Counted from the stretch's first letter, positions 9,129 to 18,870 are shown. The stretch: DNA of 64,000 bases from Candidatus Dojkabacteria bacterium (GCA_025999215.1 AP024679.1:357645-421644), one strand, 5' to 3'. Made by a program: numbers and translations. Notes: generated by a model from the sequence alone, not told the origin.

Positions 9129-9311
9129 CTATTTAACCTTCTTTGTTAATTCAAATTCTACGTGTTTTCCTAATTTTCGACTGTACTTTTTAATAGGGTT
9201 TTTTAATAATTTCTCAAAAGCATTTTTACTTAACCTGACGGTGTAATGCTCACCTGTTTCTTTGTTGTAAAATCTATACACATTTGTTTTTTTATTTTTT
9301 TTCTTTGCCAT
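9129..9311 (-). CDS. rpmG: 50S ribosomal protein L33
   Basis: MAKKKNKKTNVYRFYNKETGEHYTVRLSKNAFEKLLKNPIKKYSRKLGKHVEFELTKKVK is L33-like (zinc-free form); conserved rpmG-tRNA-Trp-secE-nusG order. Confidence 0.65.
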   Translation of the reverse strand: MAKKKNKKTNVYRFYNKETGEHYTVRLSKNAFEKLLKNPIKKYSRKLGKHVEFELTKKVK

Positions 9312-9377
9312 AACAAAATTGTAAAAGCAGTTAATTATAAATAAAAGTTTTTGATTTTGCAATTATTTTTTGTAATT

Positions 9378-10199
9378 TTATTTTACTATAAATTTTATAG
9401 TTCCATGTTTGCTTGTGTCAAAAATATTTTTGGTAACTTTTGATATGTTTTTGATTACATCTGGGTGAGGGTGATTGTATTGATTGTTGGCACCTGCTGA
9501 GATTATTACAAAATCAGGGTTAATGTTTTCCACAAAAGTTTCGCTGGTCGATGTAAGACTTCCATGGTGAGATGCTTTTAAAACATTTATTTTTCCTAAT
9601 TTATCGACTAATAAGTTTTCGTAATTATTACCTAAATCTCCTGCAGTAAAAATTTTGAAGTTTTTATAATTTATTAAAATTGATATTGAAGCGTCATTGC
9701 TGTCAAGATTTTCAACTAGCTCAGCATATGGAGAATTTGGCCAAACAACATCAAAAAAAACTTTATCAAAATAAAAATCATTTGAAGAGTCTAAGCCGTA
9801 AATATTTTGTTTGTTAAGCTTGTTTTTCAGTAATTTAATATAATCGTTTGACTTTGTGGTATGGTTAATAAAAATTTTCCCAACGCTATACCGTGAAAGA
9901 ATATTGGATAAATTTTCGAAATGATCAGAATCCGCATGTGTAATGATTACAAGGTCAATATATTTGATATAAGGAATGGCTTTGTTGAGGTTTTTGAGAG
10001 CTATATTTTCCTTCCCAGTGTCAATTAAAACTAAGTGATTTAAAGGGGTTTTGATTAATATACTGTCGCCTTGACCTGCATCTAAAAATTTTATTTCAAA
10101 ATTATCATTTTTAAAACTTTCAATCTGATATAACTTATACAAATTGAAAGAAAAGAAGTTTATGAGAACAAGCAGTATTAAAATTTTAGTTTTTATCAT
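9378..10199 (-). CDS. Secreted/membrane-anchored MBL-fold metallo-hydrolase (ComEC C-terminal beta-lactamase-like domain as a separate protein)
   Basis: 273 aa with its own N-terminal hydrophobic segment. Metallo-beta-lactamase motifs: HADSDH (Hx-x-DH), KASHHGS, HPHPDV. Sits directly downstream of comEC. Confidence 0.7.
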   Translation of the reverse strand: MIKTKILILLVLINFFSFNLYKLYQIESFKNDNFEIKFLDAGQGDSILIKTPLNHLVLIDTGKENIALKNLNKAIPYIKYIDLVIITHADSDHFENLSNILSRYSVGKIFINHTTKSNDYIKLLKNKLNKQNIYGLDSSNDFYFDKVFFDVVWPNSPYAELVENLDSNDASISILINYKNFKIFTAGDLGNNYENLLVDKLGKINVLKASHHGSLTSTSETFVENINPDFVIISAGANNQYNHPHPDVIKNISKVTKNIFDTSKHGTIKFIVK

Positions 10200-11622
10200 T
10201 TGTTAAATATGTAAAATCAATAAGAATAAAAAAGATAATCATAATAAAAATTGCCAGATAATAATTTGAGATGTAATATTCTGGAAAGTTACTAAATAAA
10301 TTTATAGCTAAGTTAGCTATTTTAAGAATGGATTCAACCAAGCTAAATAAAATTTTTGATAAAAAAGGAATAGGGTATAAAATTATACTGATTATACTGG
10401 TTATAGTTGCTAAGCTTACAATCTCAGATATAGCTAAGTTAGCTAATATAGATATTAAGCTTTGCTGATTAAAATAGTAAATCACAATTGGGCTAGTGCC
10501 TAAAAAAGCTACAGTGGATATACTTGCAATTTCTGAAATTAAACTGGGTAAATATTTTTCTAAAATAATTTTGAGTTTATTATTAAATAAAATTATTGAT
10601 AGAGTTGCCATAAAAGATAACTGAAAGCTCACATTTTTGAGAGTTAAAGGGTTTAATAATAAAATTATCATTAAGCTTAATAGTAATCCTTGAAGTGAAA
10701 GTTTAGGTCTTCCGAGTAGTTCAGAGAAAATTATAAAGCTTATCATGATTGATGCTCGCATTGCCGGAAAATTTGTTGTTCCAACGAAAAGTAAATAACT
10801 TAACATTACAAAGAAAGATATGAATAGTAAAACTCTTCTGTTAATTTGTTTTTTGAGTGACATAATAATTGAGAATATGATCATAAAATTAAAACCAGAT
10901 ACGGCCACTATATGAGAAGTTCCGGTTTTTTGAAGCATTTGTTTGTATTCGTCAGAAAATTCATTATCAAAACCAGTAGTTATTCCAACGAACAAAGCTG
11001 TTTCTGGCTCATTAGTATTGAGTTTGATTTTATTAATTATTTTTTGTTTAATTTCGGCAAAAAAAAGAATAATGTTTTTTTCATTTTGTAAATCAACAAT
11101 TTCACCTTCCGCTTCCAAAAAAATATTTTTAGAATTTAAATATTGAACATAACTTTTATTATATTTTTCAGTAATAGGATTAATTTGTAACTTAACGCTT
11201 AGTTTCTGTCCTGGCAAAAGGGTAGGGTATTTGTTTAATTCAGTAATAACATTAGATTTTAAAGTTTCAACGTTTAGAATCACTCTCTGTGAGTAATTAT
11301 TTTGTTTACCTTCCTCAACAACTGTTGCCTGGTATATCTTTTCTTGATAATTAAGCCGAGTTTCGTTAATTCTATCATTTACATAATTTTGTGTGAACAA
11401 ATAAGCAAATAAAAAAATTCCGAAAATTACAAAAATTTTTAAAAATTTTTCTTGTATTAAAACTAAAATTACGAGACAGAACCCAAAAAGATAATTAAAG
11501 CTTGATAAAACTCCAATTACAAAAGAAAGTTCAATTAATCCAATCGTATTTCTCGAAATATCTTTAACAAAAAAAATTATTCTAAAAGGAAGAAATTTAA
11601 AGTAGTGTAAAATTTTTTTCAT
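10186..11622 (-). CDS. comEC: DNA internalization competence protein ComEC/Rec2 (membrane channel portion)
   Basis: 478 aa polytopic membrane protein; competence-domain blocks (SGFNFMIIFSIIM...MRASIMISFIIFSELLGRP); downstream of comEA. Confidence 0.75.
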   Translation of the reverse strand: MKKILHYFKFLPFRIIFFVKDISRNTIGLIELSFVIGVLSSFNYLFGFCLVILVLIQEKFLKIFVIFGIFLFAYLFTQNYVNDRINETRLNYQEKIYQATVVEEGKQNNYSQRVILNVETLKSNVITELNKYPTLLPGQKLSVKLQINPITEKYNKSYVQYLNSKNIFLEAEGEIVDLQNEKNIILFFAEIKQKIINKIKLNTNEPETALFVGITTGFDNEFSDEYKQMLQKTGTSHIVAVSGFNFMIIFSIIMSLKKQINRRVLLFISFFVMLSYLLFVGTTNFPAMRASIMISFIIFSELLGRPKLSLQGLLLSLMIILLLNPLTLKNVSFQLSFMATLSIILFNNKLKIILEKYLPSLISEIASISTVAFLGTSPIVIYYFNQQSLISILANLAISEIVSLATITSIISIILYPIPFLSKILFSLVESILKIANLAINLFSNFPEYYISNYYLAIFIMIIFFILIDFTYLTNDKN

Positions 11623-12161
11623 AAAGTTATAAATGGCTTAAGTTTATTGAGTGTTGCTTCACCTATTCCTGGAACTTTCATTAAATCATTAATTGAGCTG
11701 TAAGGTCTATTTTCTATGATTTTTTGGGCTGTTGATTCTCCAACTCCATCAAGAGCAACAAGTTCTGATAAACTGGAAGAATTTATGCTAACTTTGTTGA
11801 TAGTTTGCTCTAAATTTTCAGAATTTTTAAAAGGTATATAAATGTGCATTCCATCATTTACTTTTTGTGCAAGATTTAATTGTTCATTTACATAAGAGAT
11901 GTCATATTCATCACTGAAGCCACCTGCCAATTGAATTATATCCCAAACTCTTTGATTTGCATTTATCTCATAAATTCCAGGATTCATAACCGCCCCTGAA
12001 ACATAAACTACTTCCTTAGTAAAAACACCACTAACTGGTTCTTTATCAATAAAAGTCAATTCACCCTTTGACTCAAGTGATAAATAAAGAGAGAAAAAAG
12101 TTGAGCTTATTAAGAGTAACAAAATAAGAAACCACAAGCCTATTTGGAAAGACTTTTTCAT
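11619..12161 (-). CDS. comEA: Competence protein ComEA (SLBB domain plus helix-hairpin-helix DNA binding)
   Basis: 180 aa; N-terminal TM; C-terminal HhH motifs (LVALDGVGESTAQKIIENRPYSSINDLMKVPGIGEATLNKL). Confidence 0.75.
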   Translation of the reverse strand: MKKSFQIGLWFLILLLLISSTFFSLYLSLESKGELTFIDKEPVSGVFTKEVVYVSGAVMNPGIYEINANQRVWDIIQLAGGFSDEYDISYVNEQLNLAQKVNDGMHIYIPFKNSENLEQTINKVSINSSSLSELVALDGVGESTAQKIIENRPYSSINDLMKVPGIGEATLNKLKPFITL

Positions 12162-12193
12162 AAAAAATATTTAAAAATTATTTTTTGTGGGGG

Positions 12194-12979
12194 TTACCTA
12201 GTATAAATTTCTATAGACAATATAACTATATCTTGTGTTGGAGTAGGTTTTTTGGGGTCGGAATTATCCACAGGGACAGAGTTTATTGTATCAATTATAT
12301 CACCTCCTGATACAACTTTACCAATCACTGTAAATTTTCCATTCATTTCTTCAATTCGTGGATCATCAACTTGAGCAGTAACGATAAAAAACTGTGAACT
12401 ATTGGTATTTGGACCACTTGATGCCATGGCTACACTCAATCTTTCAAGGGGGGCTGATAGTAATCCAGGTGTTGATTCATAACCATCTTTTTTTAATTTT
12501 TCTCTTTTCTCTTGTGACAAGTCAAGGGCATCCCAGTTTATTTCATCCTCAATAAAATATCCAGCATTACCTTTTCCATCGTTTGTTGGATCATCATCTA
12601 AAGTATTTCTATCGCCCATTTGGAAAAGTAGATTAGGTATTAGCCTGTGAACTTTTGTTTGGTTGTAGTATTTTTTGTTAGCAAGAAAAACAAAGTTATT
12701 AACATTTTGAGGAGCTCTCTTTTCGTATAAGTCAATTGTAAATTCTCCAAAATTTGTTCTCACTCTTGCAAAATAATCTGACTGTGTAGATATAATAAAA
12801 TCTGGCCTTTCAGCAAATTTTATGGGGATAACATCATCTAGTGTTTTTTCTTGATAAATGAGCGGAACCCATATTTCTCTAGAGATTGTAAACAACAATC
12901 CAAACATAATTATGATACCAATTAAGTAAAACCATATTTGGTTATCTTCCTTAAACATAATTTTGCCGTATATATTCAA
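12194..12979 (-). CDS. Peptidyl-prolyl cis-trans isomerase, cyclophilin type, with N-terminal membrane anchor
   Basis: VHRLIPNLLFQMGD...GYFIEDEIN and FFIVT blocks are cyclophilin signatures. Confidence 0.85.
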   Translation of the reverse strand: MNIYGKIMFKEDNQIWFYLIGIIIMFGLLFTISREIWVPLIYQEKTLDDVIPIKFAERPDFIISTQSDYFARVRTNFGEFTIDLYEKRAPQNVNNFVFLANKKYYNQTKVHRLIPNLLFQMGDRNTLDDDPTNDGKGNAGYFIEDEINWDALDLSQEKREKLKKDGYESTPGLLSAPLERLSVAMASSGPNTNSSQFFIVTAQVDDPRIEEMNGKFTVIGKVVSGGDIIDTINSVPVDNSDPKKPTPTQDIVILSIEIYTR

Positions 12980-13670
12980 AAATAATTATTCCTGTCGCTA
13001 CACTCATATTGAGTGAGTTGATGTTGCCAAATTGCGGTATTTCTAAAATTTCATCACATTGCTTTCTAATAGCTTCACTTAGCGATTTATCTTCACCCCC
13101 TATTATAAACAAAGCTTTTTTATCAATATTTGTTTTACAATAGATTTTACCATCTCTTTCAATTCCATATATCCAAAATTCATTTTTTTTCAAAGTTTTT
13201 ATTGTGTTAAATAATGAATCCCTAATGATAGGTAAATTAAATAGTGCGCCAGTAGAAATCTTAATTGCCTCAGAGGTTATATTTTGCTTTGGAGGTATTA
13301 TTATCCCTCTAAAACCAGCAACTTCTGCTGTGCGGGCAATGGCGCCTAGATTTTGGGATAGTTGGCTTTCACTTACATATATAAATGCGTTATGTTTGAA
13401 AGATTTACTTTGATTTAAAAATTTTTTGATTGATTGATAAGTTCTCAATTCAACTTCAGCTACAATTCCTTGATGATTAGCTTTTGAAGTTAAATGATGT
13501 AGTGACTGCAAACCAATCTTTTGAATGGGAATTTTTTTTAAATTAGCAATATTTATAATTTCTTTTATTTTTTGATCAACTTGAGTTCCTTCTTGAAGTT
13601 TTATCTCAAAAACCCGCGTACTATCTGATCTTAGCGCTTCTAAAACTACATTTCTACCATATACCAACAT
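12951..13670 (-). CDS. SpoU/TrmH-family RNA 2'-O-methyltransferase (RlmB-like)
   Basis: 239 aa; SPOUT motifs (GAIARTAEVAGFRGIIIP; LFIIGGEDKSLSEAIRKQCD; GNINSLNMSVATGIIIFE). Confidence 0.8.
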   Translation of the reverse strand: MLVYGRNVVLEALRSDSTRVFEIKLQEGTQVDQKIKEIINIANLKKIPIQKIGLQSLHHLTSKANHQGIVAEVELRTYQSIKKFLNQSKSFKHNAFIYVSESQLSQNLGAIARTAEVAGFRGIIIPPKQNITSEAIKISTGALFNLPIIRDSLFNTIKTLKKNEFWIYGIERDGKIYCKTNIDKKALFIIGGEDKSLSEAIRKQCDEILEIPQFGNINSLNMSVATGIIIFEYIRQNYV

Positions 13671-13673
13671 ATT

Positions 13674-13934
13674 TTATTTTTGTAAAACTATCTGAGGGTT
13701 TTTTTGATGTTGAGACATTTTTTTTAACTTCTTATACATTTTCATGGAAACTTTAATTGTCACTGGAGTACCGTTCATTACAACTTTTAGCTTCCGCAAG
13801 TTTGGCCTCCAAGTTCTGTTAGTTGTTGGCGCTTTAAATCTCCATTGTCCACCTCCCCCCGAAGAACCTCTTCTGTGTTTTTTACTGTGGCCAAAGGCAG
13901 TTTTTTTACCGCTTAAATCACATTGTCTAGACAT
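13674..13934 (-). CDS. rpmB: 50S ribosomal protein L28
   Basis: MSRQCDLSGKKTAFGHSKKHRRGSSGGGGQW...RTWRPNLRK..V.MNGTPVTIKVS matches the L28 pattern. Confidence 0.8.
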   Translation of the reverse strand: MSRQCDLSGKKTAFGHSKKHRRGSSGGGGQWRFKAPTTNRTWRPNLRKLKVVMNGTPVTIKVSMKMYKKLKKMSQHQKNPQIVLQK

Positions 13935-13996
13935 AGTTTAATTTATAAAAGCTAACGTATTTTAACAAAAAAAAATAAAATGTCAAAAATTTGACA

Positions 13997-14069
13997 AGCC
14001 ATCACGCGGGCTTGAACCGCGGACCTCACCCTTACCATGGGTGCGCTCTACCAACTGAGCTATGATGGC
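13997..14069 (-). tRNA. tRNA-Thr (anticodon GGT)
   Basis: Folded by hand: acceptor GCCATCA/TGATGGC, D-arm GCTCAGTTGGTAGAGC, anticodon stem CACCC/GGGTG with loop ATGGTAA, T-loop TTCAAGC. Confidence 0.8.
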
Positions 14070-14079
14070 AAGGATTAAA

Positions 14080-14162
14080 TCCGGGGTGAAGGATTCGAAC
14101 CTCCGTAGCCCTGAGGGCGCCTGATTTACAGTCAGGTGCAATTGACCACTCTGCCAACCCCG
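14080..14162 (-). tRNA. tRNA-Tyr (anticodon GTA), class II with long variable arm
   Basis: Anticodon stem-loop CCTGA-CTGTAAA-TCAGG, long variable arm, T-arm GGAGGTTCGAATCCTTC. Confidence 0.8.
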
Positions 14163-14180
14163 GTTTCTCAGTAGGAACTG

Positions 14181-14253
14181 AGCTGGAGGAGGGACTCGAA
14201 CCCTCGACCCGCTGTTTACAAAACAGCTGCTCTACCAGCTGAGCTACTCCAGC
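14181..14253 (-). tRNA. tRNA-Thr (anticodon TGT)
   Basis: Acceptor GCTGGAG/CTCCAGC, D-arm GCTCAGCTGGTAGAGC, anticodon stem GCTGT/ACAGC with loop TTTGTAA, T-arm GGGTTCGAGTCCC. The Thr-Tyr-Thr order mirrors the E. coli thrU-tyrU-(glyT)-thrT cluster. Confidence 0.75.
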
Positions 14254-14394
14254 TCAGTTCTTACTAAAGTACGGGTAAAGTATAACATACTTTTATTATT
14301 TCGAAAAAATATTTTTATTGTAGTTTGATACAAAGAAATACCAATTTAATTTAGGTATAAGTAGATAATATTTTTCAAAAATTTTCAATTTAAA

Positions 14395-15435
14395 ATGAGA
14401 AAGAGAGCTAGTTTTGTAAATTACTTATTGAGTCATAACGGTGTAGGCAATATGACTGTAGTTAAGTTGTTTAGATTATTTCCAGATTTTAATGATTTAG
14501 TAAATAATTTTGAAAAAAATGAAAAAATACCTAATGATATAAAAAAAATAATTTTCAAGGCTTTATCGCAAGAAAAAGAAGAAGAGGATAATATAATTAC
14601 AATTTGGGATGCTGTTTATCCAAATTTGTTAAAACAAATATATGATCCACCAGTTAGACTTTTTTATAAAGGTAATTTAGATTTTTTAAATAATGTAGGT
14701 ATTAGCATTGTTGGAACAAGAAAATCAAGCGCTTACGGAAAGAAAGTAACGCAAAAATTAATAGAGTTTTTGGAAGGTTATCCTGTATTTACCGTGAGTG
14801 GCATGGCATTAGGGATTGATTCTTTTGTTCATTATGAAAGTTTGAAAAGAAATATAAAAACTGTTGCTATTTTGGGTTCTGGTATTGATAATATAACTCC
14901 TAAATCTAATCAAGCACTCTTTGATGAGATTGTGCATAAGGAAAATCTTGTCTTGAGTGAATACCCCAATGATACAAATGTAGTTCCAGGAATGTTTGCA
15001 TCAAGAAATCGTATCATTGCAGGAATGTCGAAAGTTACTGTTATAGTTGAAGCGGGCCAAAAAAGCGGCGCCTTGATTACAGCTCGATTGGCGCTAGATA
15101 ATAACCGAGACGTATTTGCAGTTCCTGGAAATATTTTTTCAGAAATGTCAAATGGCACCAATATGCTTATAACTCAAGGTGAGGCTTGCTTGTTACATAA
15201 TTTTAATCAAATTTTGGAAGCGCTTAATTTAAAAAAAATAAGCACATCAAAATCAAATAGACCCAAATTAAGACAAGATTTGGAAGAGTTGCTAGATATT
15301 TTTCAAAAAAATAATATGCTAACACCCGATGAAGTAGGTAAAATTACTCAAAAAAACAACTATTTATCACTTTTAGGTGAGCTGGAGCTTTTAGGACTAA
15401 TTGAAAGAGTTGGAGGCGCTTATACTTTATCTTAG
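14395..15435 (+). CDS. dprA: DNA processing protein DprA (Smf)
   Basis: 346 aa; Rossmann-like DprA core (ISIVGTRKSSAYG...GIDSFVH...SRNRIIAGMSKVTVIVEAGQKSGALITARLALDNNRDVFAVPG). Confidence 0.85.
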   Translation: MRKRASFVNYLLSHNGVGNMTVVKLFRLFPDFNDLVNNFEKNEKIPNDIKKIIFKALSQEKEEEDNIITIWDAVYPNLLKQIYDPPVRLFYKGNLDFLNNVGISIVGTRKSSAYGKKVTQKLIEFLEGYPVFTVSGMALGIDSFVHYESLKRNIKTVAILGSGIDNITPKSNQALFDEIVHKENLVLSEYPNDTNVVPGMFASRNRIIAGMSKVTVIVEAGQKSGALITARLALDNNRDVFAVPGNIFSEMSNGTNMLITQGEACLLHNFNQILEALNLKKISTSKSNRPKLRQDLEELLDIFQKNNMLTPDEVGKITQKNNYLSLLGELELLGLIERVGGAYTLS

Positions 15436-15561
15436 AAACTCTTTTTCTCTGTAAAATTTTGCTATTAATTTTTTAATCATAATTCAAATTTTGTAATATC
15501 GTCAATGTCGTGGTAGAATGCCCGGAGTTTACAAGATAAAATTTTGTGTTAAATTAGATTT

Positions 15562-17766
15562 ATGAATTTAGTAATAGTTGAAAGTCCATCAAAAGCCAAG
15601 ACTATTTCAAGGTACTTAGGTAAAGACTACAAAGTTATTGCTTCAAAAGGGCATGTGGTAGATCTTCCAAAATCAAGTTTGGGAATAGACATAGAAAATA
15701 ACTTTGAACCGCAGTATGAGGTTACAAAGCCTGCTGTTTTGAAAAATATAAAAAAAGAGCTAAAAAATTGCGATACAGTTGTTCTTGCAGTAGATTTGGA
15801 CCGTGAGGGTGAGGCCATAGGTTGGCACATTGCGAATAAGCTTAATGTTATTGATAAAAATGCTAAACCAAAAGGCAGTAAAAAAATTTTAAGAATCGTT
15901 TTTAGTGAAATATCCAAACAAGCGCTTCAAAATGCTTTAAAAAATCCTAGAGGAATAAACATGAACCTAGTAAATGCTCAACAAGCGCGCAGAGTATTGG
16001 ATAGATTGGTTGGGTATAAATTATCACCGCTACTATGGAAAAAAATACAGTTTGGTTTGTCGGCTGGTAGAGTGCAATCGGTAGCTTTGAGGTTGATTGT
16101 GGAAAAGGAAGAAGAAAGAGAAGCTTTTGTTGCAGAAGAATTTTGGAATATAAATGTTTATGCTCAAACTAAAAAACATAACAAAAGCATCAAAACAGAC
16201 ATAGTTTTGGCAGACAATAAAGTTGCACCAAATGATGATACTTCTAATTTAATAAATTTTTCACTAACCAAATACAAAAATAAAAAAATAAAAATTGAAA
16301 ATGAATCTCAGGCGAAAGAAATTTTAAATTCTATAAACCAAAAAGTTTGGGAAATAAGTGAAGTTAATAAAACTGAAACACTAAAAAAACCTTCTCCGCC
16401 ATTGATTACTAGCACGCTTCAAAGAGTTGCGGTTAATAAATTTGGATATAGTGCAAAAAAAACTATGAATATTGCGCAAAAGCTCTATGAAAACGGTTTT
16501 ATTACATACATGAGGACTGATTCAACTCATATGTCTAGTGATGCTATTACAAAAGCAAGAAGTTATATTCAAAAAAGTTTTGGAGAAAAGTATCTTAATG
16601 AAAAAGTTAGAAGCTTTAAAGCTAATTCCAAAAATGCTCAAGAAGCTCATGAGTGTATTAGACCTGTTGATTTTAAATTAACTCCAAAAGACTTAAATTT
16701 AGATCAAGAATATAAAAATATTTACAAAATAATTTGGTCGTATGCCTTAGCTTCCCAAATGGCTCCTGCAAAAATTGAAAATATAAAGGTAAAAACCTTG
16801 ATATCAGATTACGAATTTGAAGCTCTGGGCAGTAGAATAATTTTTGATGGGTACTTGAAGGTTGTTGAAACTAATTTTAGTGAAAAAAACTTGCCTGATT
16901 TAAAAGAATCTCAAGAAATTTATCCAGTTTTGTTGCATGCTCAACAAAAATTTACAACACCACCTGCTCGTTATACTGAAGCAACACTTATTAAAAAACT
17001 TGAAGAGTTAGGAATTGGTAGACCTTCTACTTACGCGAGTATTATATCTACTATTTTATCCAGAAAATATGTTGAAAAAATTGATAGATATTTGGCACCA
17101 ACTGATATGGGTAGGGTTGTAAATGCTTTATTGACAAAATATTTTCAAGAGATTGTAGATTACAACTTTACTGCTGAAATGGAGGAGAGTTTGGATTTAA
17201 TTGCCAACGGTGAAAAAGATTGGAAAGAGATGATTAAAAATTTTTATTTCCCTTTTGAAAAAAAATTATCTGAAAATGAAAAATTGATAACACGTGATGA
17301 ATTTAAAATTTTTGGAAAAGCTGATGAATCTATCAAATGCCCTAAATGCTCAAAACAAATGGTAATTAAATTAGGTAAAAACGGTAGATTTTTAAGCTGT
17401 GTAGACTTTCCGGACTGTGATGGAATTAGATCAATTGATGGTAAAACGCAAAAAGAAATAGAAAATGAATCTCAATCAGAAGAGTTTAAACAGACCTACA
17501 AACCTGCTCCTCAGACTGAGGATGGGAGATCTTATGTTCTGAAAGAGGGTAGATATGGAAAATTTTGGGCACATCCAGATTATCCTAAAGTTAAAGATGC
17601 AAGACCTTTGGAATTTACAGATGAAAAAATTAAAGAGATTTATGGTGATCCGCCTAAAACTGATGATGGTAGATTGTATATACTCAAAAAAGGTAGGTTT
17701 GGAGAATTTTGGGCACATCCTGACTATCCAAAGGTTAAAGATATAAAAAAAATTAATAAAAAGTAA
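15562..17766 (+). CDS. topA: DNA topoisomerase I with C-terminal zinc ribbon and duplicated C-terminal repeat
   Basis: 734 aa; Toprim N-terminus (MNLVIVESPSKAKTISRYLG), catalytic-Tyr region (ITYMRTDST), CPKC...C..FPDC zinc ribbon, and two near-identical about 45 aa C-terminal repeats (GRYGKFWAHPDYPKVKD). Confidence 0.9.
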   Translation: MNLVIVESPSKAKTISRYLGKDYKVIASKGHVVDLPKSSLGIDIENNFEPQYEVTKPAVLKNIKKELKNCDTVVLAVDLDREGEAIGWHIANKLNVIDKNAKPKGSKKILRIVFSEISKQALQNALKNPRGINMNLVNAQQARRVLDRLVGYKLSPLLWKKIQFGLSAGRVQSVALRLIVEKEEEREAFVAEEFWNINVYAQTKKHNKSIKTDIVLADNKVAPNDDTSNLINFSLTKYKNKKIKIENESQAKEILNSINQKVWEISEVNKTETLKKPSPPLITSTLQRVAVNKFGYSAKKTMNIAQKLYENGFITYMRTDSTHMSSDAITKARSYIQKSFGEKYLNEKVRSFKANSKNAQEAHECIRPVDFKLTPKDLNLDQEYKNIYKIIWSYALASQMAPAKIENIKVKTLISDYEFEALGSRIIFDGYLKVVETNFSEKNLPDLKESQEIYPVLLHAQQKFTTPPARYTEATLIKKLEELGIGRPSTYASIISTILSRKYVEKIDRYLAPTDMGRVVNALLTKYFQEIVDYNFTAEMEESLDLIANGEKDWKEMIKNFYFPFEKKLSENEKLITRDEFKIFGKADESIKCPKCSKQMVIKLGKNGRFLSCVDFPDCDGIRSIDGKTQKEIENESQSEEFKQTYKPAPQTEDGRSYVLKEGRYGKFWAHPDYPKVKDARPLEFTDEKIKEIYGDPPKTDDGRLYILKKGRFGEFWAHPDYPKVKDIKKINKK

Positions 17767-17889
17767 AAAACCGGTTTGCAAAACCCAGTCAATTTAGTTA
17801 TAATTTAATTAAACCAGCACGCATGAGTTTTCCTTGCTTCAAAACATTGAAGTTATCATGCGGAAGATTTTATTTATTAAAGGAAATTT

Positions 17890-18870
17890 ATGGCGAAGGA
17901 AAAAGAGAAAAAAACTGACGCAAAAGTGTCAGACGATAAAGCCTCAAAAGCTTCAGACCAAGTTAAGGTTAAATTACCTTCAATTGAAGAAATGCTTGAG
18001 GCTGGTGTTCAATTTGGACACGAAACAAAAAGATGGAATCCCAAAATGCGTGATTTCATTTTTACATCAAAAGAAAAAATCCACATTATTGATGTAACCC
18101 AAACTCTTGAAAATTTACAAAAGGCTGTAGAATTTTTGGTAAATATTGCATCAAAGGGAGAAGTTTTGTTTGTGGGAACCAAAAAGCAAGCTCAAGCGAT
18201 AGTTAGACGAGAAGCGGTAAGAGCGGGAGCTCATTTTGTTGATCGGAGATGGGCAGGAGGGCTTTTGACTAATTTTGAAGTTATACAAAAAAGTATAAAT
18301 AAATTGAATGAACTTGAAAGGCAGTTTGAAGAAGGCGTTAAAGATAGAACTAAGTTTGAAATTTCTCAAATGAAAAAAGAATGGTCTAGGTTAGATAAAC
18401 TATACTCTGGTGTTAAGCAAATGAAATCTAAGCCTGTTGCTGCTGTGATAGTTGATATTAAATACGATCGTGGCGCTTTGAAAGAGTGTAGGCAGTTAGG
18501 TATTCCTGTGGTTGCATTGGTTGATACTAATGTTGATCCAGAGCTTGTAAATTATCCAGTACCTTCAAATGATGATGCACTAAAGGTTTTAGAAATGATG
18601 ATTAAGGTTTTTGCTGATGCTGTGCTTGAAGGCAATAAAGGTAAAGGCGTGCAACATCATCTTGAAAATTATCTAGAGAAACAGATTGCAGTATTACATT
18701 CGGAAGATGAAAGTGATAGTGAGAGTACTGTTGTTGCAAATGAAGAAGATTCATCACCAAAAAAGGTTACTGTAAAGAAACAAGTTAAGAGTGTAAGAAA
18801 GAAAGCTGAAAAAGTACAAGCAAAAGGAATTTTGGAAAAAGTTCAAAAAGCTAAAGAGCAAGAAAAATAA
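17890..18870 (+). CDS. rpsB: 30S ribosomal protein S2, with about 70 aa charged C-terminal extension
   Basis: S2 core (AGVQFGHETKRWNPKM; FVGTKKQA; IPVVALVDTN) followed by an acidic/lysine-rich tail. Confidence 0.9.
   Translation: MAKEKEKKTDAKVSDDKASKASDQVKVKLPSIEEMLEAGVQFGHETKRWNPKMRDFIFTSKEKIHIIDVTQTLENLQKAVEFLVNIASKGEVLFVGTKKQAQAIVRREAVRAGAHFVDRRWAGGLLTNFEVIQKSINKLNELERQFEEGVKDRTKFEISQMKKEWSRLDKLYSGVKQMKSKPVAAVIVDIKYDRGALKECRQLGIPVVALVDTNVDPELVNYPVPSNDDALKVLEMMIKVFADAVLEGNKGKGVQHHLENYLEKQIAVLHSEDESDSESTVVANEEDSSPKKVTVKKQVKSVRKKAEKVQAKGILEKVQKAKEQEK

Noticed and set aside
10186-10199. The 14-nt overlap between the ComEC channel ORF and the MBL-domain ORF considered as a possible frameshift of a single comEC
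   Set aside because: The downstream ORF starts with its own Met followed by a hydrophobic signal/anchor segment, and the upstream ORF ends after its last TM helix. This is more consistent with two genes than with an indel, unlike gyrB, ruvC and recG, where conserved sequence continues across the frame change.
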